In this document: one piece after another, positions 59,922 to 64,000 of the stretch
Position numbering within the stretch: position 1 is the first letter of the stretch
Layout: every line of letters starts with the position of its first letter
Notes under the pieces: generated by a model
What the model saw: only the letters and a program-made list of their open reading frames with translations
What the model was told of the DNA's origin: nothing
The model's database searches: none
Translations under genes and position numbers: made by a program
Virus record (IMG/VR): IMGVR_UViG_2837218921_000006
Span: 21,395-85,394 of that record
DNA from: a virus
Taxonomy: Duplodnaviria; Caudoviricetes
Reading direction: 5' to 3' (one strand)
DNA length: 64,000 nt

Positions 59922-60965
59922 TCAATAGTAGAAATCAGGATTGTAGATATACTCGCGGTTCTCGTAACGAATCATACCTTTGTTGTCAAGAAAGGTCTTC
60001 AAGCCCTTTACCTTGTTGTTGGAATAGGAATGACCACAGGCGGCATATCCGCTTTTGAGTGCAGCCTCGAAGTTCCGGCAACCTTTTATCGGACCGTTGG
60101 CGAAGATTACGCCTAATGCCTCGCGATGCTGTTCCTCGGTCAACTCCTTGTATGGATAAGGGTCTTTGGCTTTCTTGCCCGGCTCGGAGAACACATACCC
60201 GCTTGCAATCTCAGGGAGTCCATAGTCATTGACGCGGAAGGCAAATGGATCGAACTCGGCGGCGCGGATCATGGCGGCGCAGACCTCCGACACGGTATCA
60301 TCGGTTTTGCTGCGGCTAATTTGGAGGATTGTCTCTGCCTTGTTGTTCAGCTCGGTGCCGACATGACCACGGGCGTTGTCGTCGCTCTTGTTGAGATGCA
60401 GGACGGTGTGGATATGAATCTGGAACTTGTCTGTCCATTCCATCAGCTTGCCGATAAGGTCGGTCGATTCCTTGGCGCAGTTGATGTCGTACATAAGGTC
60501 GCGCACACCGTCGATGATTACAAGTCCGACACCGGGAGTGTTGATTATCGCCTGTTCGATTACTTCAAGGCGCAATGTGGGTGTTAGCTGGCGCAGAGCG
60601 GCGAACTTCAAATGTTCCGGATGGGTGTCGGTCGGGAGTTTCGCCAGGCGCAACGCACGTTCCATAACTTTCTGACAGTGATACGGACTTTGCTCGGTGT
60701 CAAAATAGAGGATTGTGCGCTTGTCATCGGGGAACTCTGCGGTGTAGCCCAATACTTTGCCGTTGACGAGTGATGCCCCGACAATCGCGGCGACATTGAA
60801 TGTCTTTTTGCTCTTGGCTTTGCCGGTCGAAGCCGAGAAGTTGCCGAGTGTTCCGATAACGCTGCCGTTGGCGTACAGCACCTCCGGCGCAGTCTGAATC
60901 TCATCCGTGATTCTCAACTGCTTTTCCTCCCAAAGTCGGAGGATGTCCTCTTTCACTTCTTGCAT
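59922..60965 (-). CDS. AAA/RecA-like ATPase (helicase-like)
   Basis: GKAKSKKT, DTEQ, IIDG, RGHVG. Confidence 0.85.
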   Translation of the reverse strand: MQEVKEDILRLWEEKQLRITDEIQTAPEVLYANGSVIGTLGNFSASTGKAKSKKTFNVAAIVGASLVNGKVLGYTAEFPDDKRTILYFDTEQSPYHCQKVMERALRLAKLPTDTHPEHLKFAALRQLTPTLRLEVIEQAIINTPGVGLVIIDGVRDLMYDINCAKESTDLIGKLMEWTDKFQIHIHTVLHLNKSDDNARGHVGTELNNKAETILQISRSKTDDTVSEVCAAMIRAAEFDPFAFRVNDYGLPEIASGYVFSEPGKKAKDPYPYKELTEEQHREALGVIFANGPIKGCRNFEAALKSGYAACGHSYSNNKVKGLKTFLDNKGMIRYENREYIYNPDFYY

Positions 60966-61273
60966 CGGCGACCTCCCTTCTTTGATGACTGGATAAGATC
61001 GAGCGCAAGTTGTGCGTCGATAACGATTTTTCTACCCGTTTGAGTAATGGCATCTTTGATTACGCCACTGTTCTTGATACGGTGTGCAGTTGCTTTGCTG
61101 CACTGGAGAAGTTCGCAGAGACCTTCAATTCCATAGACGAGCCATCGCTTTGCTGTGATAGCTGCACCGTCTGGTTCGATGTTATCCTTGACATTACGGG
61201 AATCAAGTAATTCTAAAAGTTGTTCTCCGGTATACTGCCAGAGAGGAAGTTTGAGTAACTGGTCTTTTGTCAT
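60953..61273 (-). CDS. DUF3853-like excisionase/HTH
   Basis: VYGIEGLCELLQCSKATAHRIKNSG..AITQTGRKIVID. Confidence 0.8.
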   Translation of the reverse strand: MTKDQLLKLPLWQYTGEQLLELLDSRNVKDNIEPDGAAITAKRWLVYGIEGLCELLQCSKATAHRIKNSGVIKDAITQTGRKIVIDAQLALDLIQSSKKGGRRCKK

Positions 61274-61510
61274 ACGCAGTGTGGGTTTGAATTATACTTC
61301 CGCCCTCTGAGAGAGCGTATCCGAGTATCTCCCGGACACTGCAAAATTACAACCGGTTATGGGTGGGGTGTATGTGGTTTCATCTTATCCACTTAATAGA
61401 ACTACCCATCAGAGTATCAGGCTCTGACGGGTAGTATCATAAGGTTTCAAAAGTGGAAATATGAGTGGTGAAAGTGGTGCGCGAGTGGTATCTTTAAGTC
61501 GCACAAACTC

Positions 61511-62633
61511 TCATGCTCGTTTTTTATGGTTTTTGAAGATTCTGTCAATCTCATCAGCATATTCTCTACTTGATGCACTGGCATCATCTCCGCGTGGATG
61601 ACAATACTTCTTTTCATAGTAGCTCCACTGAATATCAAGATGAGCGAGAATATCCTCGCGCCACGCCGCTTTGTGTTTGGCCGGAACAATCTCATATAAT
61701 TTCGATATGAGATAGCACGCCTTGATTTTCTGTTTTGGTCGTATCTTTATAGGTTCATGCTTACCATGGAGATTGAGCGATGAATGGAACTGAGTCTCGG
61801 TACTATCGAAAACATCAGAGCAGATTTCATATAATTCCGACACAAGAATCATCGGGAACAGTTCCCCTTCCCATTGGCGGCATGATTTCGTATTGGTCTG
61901 ATTCTGTTTTACAGGTTGTTCAGGCGTGGGATAACTACCATTATGAACCTGCATCTTTTGTATAAAGGTTTCCCTGCATTTCGGATGTAACTGAATTTCA
62001 CATGGCGGAAAGTATCTTTCCACCGTGATAAAAATTTTGCGACAGACATTTCGCAAGTCATGGTACACATCGAATGAAGGTTTCAACAGAAATTCATCAT
62101 ATTCAACGCTTTCCTGCAATTTCTTAAGAAATTCCCGTTTCTTTTCAAGCCATCCTTCACGGGTTTCGGCCATATGGAATAACTCGATTTCCTGTTTGTA
62201 CTTATCTATCGTCCAATCATCAGGCACCGAGATTTTGCGACAAGCCTTTAGCGCGTACTCATAATGAGCGGCAATCATATAGAACATCTCCACTTCTTTA
62301 AGGAAGTGGTTGCTTTCGTAGCCGTCTATCATGTCTGCCTTGGATTTATTTTTACGATCTTTGTCCAATTTATAGAATACATTTTGGAATGTATCTATTC
62401 TTGTCGCAATCTCAGCACAGTAATTTCTGGTCTGGTTAGCTTGCACCTTTCCGATTTCTCCGGAGGCGTGAGATTCGATAATAGCATTTTCGATGTCGAT
62501 AGAGCAAAGTTTACTGGTGGCTTCGGCTATTCGCTTGTATAAAATTGTATCCTGTTTGGCTACCAGCGGAACTTTTATAAGCTGCCTGAGGTCTTCCAAA
62601 ATTGGCACAACATCTCGTAATGTCGTAGGGTTT
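61511..62633 (-). pseudogene. Hypothetical (regulator-like) gene with 5' end interrupted by ISL3
   Basis: N-terminal ~80 aa of the called ORF are antisense to the IS. Confidence 0.6.
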
Positions 62634-64000
62634 GGGTCAAGCCGAAAGCACGGTGCATGAATTTTGAGAAAAGTGTTAAATTTGTGGCATGAAAACCGCA
62701 GATGCAATATGGATGTGCCTGCCCGAGGGCATGGACGAACTATTTGAAATGGTGCGCTTCGAGCGCACGGAACAGTCCTATGACATATGGCTTGACGAAA
62801 AGAAGAAACTGTCTGATGAAGACTATCGTAATCCAAATATCGTAGCGCGAGGCTATACGGATTATGTAACAATACAGGACTATCCGATGCGTGGACGGCC
62901 TGTATTTCTTCACATGCGCAAGAACAAGTGGTGGGACAGGCAGACCAACGAAATCTTCAGCTACAATCTCGAACTTCCCAACGAGGAAGGAACACGACTC
63001 AGCGCCGAGTTCGTGGCTTTTTTAAAAGACGAAGGTGGAGACGACAGCCCTGTCGATTAAACAGATAGCGCAGATGTACTGCGTCAACGGCAAACATTTT
63101 GCCGACTTGTACCGCAATAAGATAAGCGGTTACGCCGACTGGTGCGAACAGGAGCTTGGCTGTGGGTTCTATTTCAACGCCGATAATATCGGCCCTTACA
63201 TGAGTCTTGATGAGACGTGTCTGAGCAACGGGGAGGTATGGACGTTCCTGACCAACAAGGACGGCCACGGAGGCAAGGGAACACTTGCGGCAGCCATTCC
63301 CGGAACAAAGAGTGACGAAATTATATCCATACTCATCGGAGCTATGGAGAAATCAATCAGACGCAGGGTCAAGGAAGTGACCTGCGATCTCTCGCCATCA
63401 ATGATGCTCATAGCCGCAGAAGTGTTCTATAACGCCCATGTAGTCAACGACCGTTTTCATGTCCAACAGGTCTATAATGAGGCCGTTGACGAAATCCGCA
63501 TTGACATTCGCCGACAGCTCATCGCAGAGGAAAACAACCGCAACAAGTCCGAACCGCCGGTAACGTACTCCAACGGAGAGACCATGCGCCAGATACTGGC
63601 TCGCAGCAAACACACTCTGATGATGTCGCAGAACAAATGGACTGACATACAGCGCCATCGTGTCAACATACTGTTCAAATACTATCCAATATTGAAGGCT
63701 GCATACAGCCTTGCGATGGAGCTGCGCAAGATTTTCAACGCTAAAATCTCACCGACAAAAGCCATGGGGAGGATGAACAAGTGGTATGAAAAGGTAATGG
63801 CATTGGGTAACAACAACTTCCGCTCGGTAATCAAAACATTCAAGAACCACGCCCCAACAATCCTGAACTATTTCCGTCGTCGTGCGACCAATGCCTCTGC
63901 CGAGGCATTCAACTCTAAAGTCAAAATATTTCGCTCACAAATGCGTGGTGTCCGGGACCGCGACTTCTTCATCTTCCGATTAGTCAAACTCTACGCCTAA
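62634..64000 (+). mobile_element. ISL3-family IS (runs off the window); transposase in two ORFs, 62689-63060 and 63035-64000
   Basis: GGGTCAAG end; LDET, DRFHV, TNASAEAFNSKVK; TTTTTTAAAA in the ORF overlap region. Confidence 0.88.

Larger units (their letters stand above)
43106..62633. mobile_element. Mobilizable integrative element with defence cargo
   Basis: Integrase, relaxase/MobC/oriT, primase, ATPase, excisionase; AbiE and type I R-M cargo. Confidence 0.75.

Noticed and set aside
62634-62872. N-terminus of the 453-aa minus-strand ORF
   Set aside because: It is antisense ISL3 sequence read in frame by chance.
63010-63060. Split ISL3 transposase as a pseudogene or novelty
   Set aside because: A slippery T-run at the overlap suggests ordinary IS frameshift expression.
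1-64000. CRISPR array or cas genes
   Set aside because: No regularly spaced 25-40-bp repeats and no Cas-like ORF seen.

Overview
Bacteroidales-type accessory DNA (TAnnTTTG -7 promoters throughout; gene content resembles gut Muribaculaceae/Bacteroides) built from nested and abutting mobile elements, with no housekeeping genes. (1) 1-8.85 kb: end of an integrative element with two orphan RHS toxin/immunity cassettes, a TetR-like gene, a GNAT toxin-antitoxin-like pair and a tyrosine integrase ending at a tRNA-3'-like att core. (2) A second integrase cut at ~10.16 kb by (3) a Mu-like transposable prophage (Hankyphage-like; ~10.16-38.99 kb). The prophage carries repressor, transposase A/B, a tRNA-like gene with a broken anticodon arm, a DNA methylase, a diversity-generating retroelement (TR plus RT with a fused C-terminal domain, no avd, no target in the window), head, lysis and tail genes, and an ISAs1 insertion in a probable late activator. 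(4) An IS21 cuts the tape-measure gene and joins it to an unrelated ~1.3 kb non-coding, densely structured segment. (5) 43.1-62.6 kb: a mobilizable integrative element with AbiE, a type I R-M system with an hsdS shufflon and invertase, an IS between the hsd promoter and its leader, relaxase/MobC/oriT, primase, ATPase and excisionase; it is interrupted by an ISL3 at the window end. Best candidates for new biology: a -1 frameshift signal fusing portal to a MuF-toxin protein, with a convergent small RNA; the Avd-less DGR with fused RT and a neighbouring pseudoknotted RNA; the ~0.7 kb structured ncRNA candidate at 41.7-42.4 kb; and GGTTTGGTT/TATATA palindromes bracketing the AbiE cassette. All family calls are from motif recognition only, with no database search.
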